This document shows, piece after piece, positions 62,690 to 64,000 of a stretch of 64,000 bases of DNA. The notes under the pieces were generated by a model. The model was given only the letters and a program-made list of their open reading frames with translations, searched no databases and was not told where the DNA came from. The stretch lies in assembly GCF_006345805.1 (NCBI RefSeq), contig NC_043018.1, positions 25,668,001-25,732,000 of the forward strand. The letters are read 5' to 3'. This DNA comes from Octopus sinensis. Its lineage: Eukaryota. Numbering within the stretch: the first letter of the stretch is position 1; each line of letters starts with the position of its first letter. A program made the translations under genes and the position numbers.

Positions 62690-63260
62690 TCGGCTCAAAT
62701 GAATATATGGGATAAAACGCAACTGACAAAATATACCATATTTAACTCTTTAGAAATGCACAGGTCACAACTATAGTTGCCTTGAATACAAGGCTTGGCA
62801 TACTGTGATCTATTCAGCATAATTTTAATGTTTCTAATAGTCCAATATCTTAAATTCCAAATATATTTCGATAATGTGGTATTACAACGTCTTTCAAGAT
62901 TTCTGAATGTATAATTAAGCTGGTTATACATTATTTTGAAAGAATTTCCTGTTAACTCGATACATTATTTAGATACCGAATCAGTAGATGTGAATTCTTT
63001 TACGCAATATATAACTGATTTATAAAAACATGAATATTTAAGGTACATTTTAAGAGGGTTTTAGAGAGTTTCATAAACAGTTATGATTAAATGTGGATAG
63101 CATTCTGAAACTTTTACGTTAGTTTATGCTTTTCCTGTAGAAATATTTTCTGTGCAGATAAAACTTATTCTGAAATCATTCATTTTGAACAGTTCATAAA
63201 ATCTATGGCTTCTCGGAAAGCATATATCTGATTAACGAGATATATTTTTAGTGAGACTTG
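62690..63260 (-). mobile_element. Penelope-like element, C-terminal GIY-YIG endonuclease region, degraded
   Basis: SVIYCV...CIELTGNSFKIMYNQLNYTFRN...TTLSKYIWNL...CDLCISKE. Confidence 0.7.
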
Positions 63261-63308
63261 TATACTAATTAACACTAAATGGAGAATTAAGCTATCCAGT
63301 CTCCTGTT

Positions 63309-63376
<68 letters not shown>

Positions 63377-64000
63377 ATGCCGCTACTACTACTACTACTA
63401 CTACTACTACTATTATGAGATGGGATCATCATGATCATCACTATTTTAACACTACTATCATTGTGTTGTTGTCTTCATATAATGAATCTCTACTACTACA
63501 ACTTAATACTAACTATTCATTATGATTAAAAGCTGCTTATATATCATATTATATATAATATATTATATATTATATATATATATATATATAATACATACAA
63601 TAACCATATTAATATATATATATATATATTATATATATATATATATATATTATTATATATTATATATATATATATATATACATACATACACACACTTATG
63701 TATATATGTATATATAGTTATTATTTTCATGTACAGATGAATAACCATGATATAATTATGTATATATTCGCTATATTTACGTATTTTTGCTTATGTATAT
63801 GCATAGTTCCATAGAGATACACGCTCAAATGCACGCCTAGAGTTACCTACATATACTTTCATTTCATATTCATACAAACCTTTACACATCTATATTGGGC
63901 AATAATTTATATTTTGCGTATGTGTACATATATGTATGTATGTTTATATATATATATATATATATAGTATATATAATATATATATGTATAGATATTTATA

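Noticed and set aside
1155-63740. Numerous YI/HT/CV/M/D/S-rich ORFs in the track
   Set aside because: Translations of TA, CA, TG, ATC and GATA repeats, which lack stops in some frames

Overview
AT-rich, microsatellite-saturated eukaryotic DNA. The SINE content (tRNA-headed CORE-type SINEs resembling octopus OR/OK families) points to an octopus or other cephalopod genome; this is inferred, not verified. Host genes are a complete 4-exon TRMT112 on the minus strand (124 aa, 6856-13038) and only the last two coding exons of an SLC23/NAT-family transporter on the plus strand (27526-28947). A 100-N assembly gap lies at 22278-22377. The rest is mostly transposons: dozens of SINEs, a near full-length Tx1/L1 retrotransposon (48339-54449) flanked on both sides by (TATC)n, fragments of CR1, RTE, R4/Dong and Penelope elements, a Merlin transposase relic with three 8-bp-TSD MITEs, and Tc1/mariner, hAT and Mutator-like elements. 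The most unusual signal is at least five sequence-unrelated minimal type I hammerhead ribozyme (HHR) motifs, with further decayed ones. One sits downstream of an intact Pol III tRNA-like head (59712-59988, minus strand), suggesting a tRNA-promoter plus hammerhead non-autonomous retroelement, possibly mobilised by Penelope-like elements, whose decayed ORF is also in the window. Exon, TSD and ribozyme coordinates were counted base by base; other repeat boundaries are approximate. No computation or database search was run.
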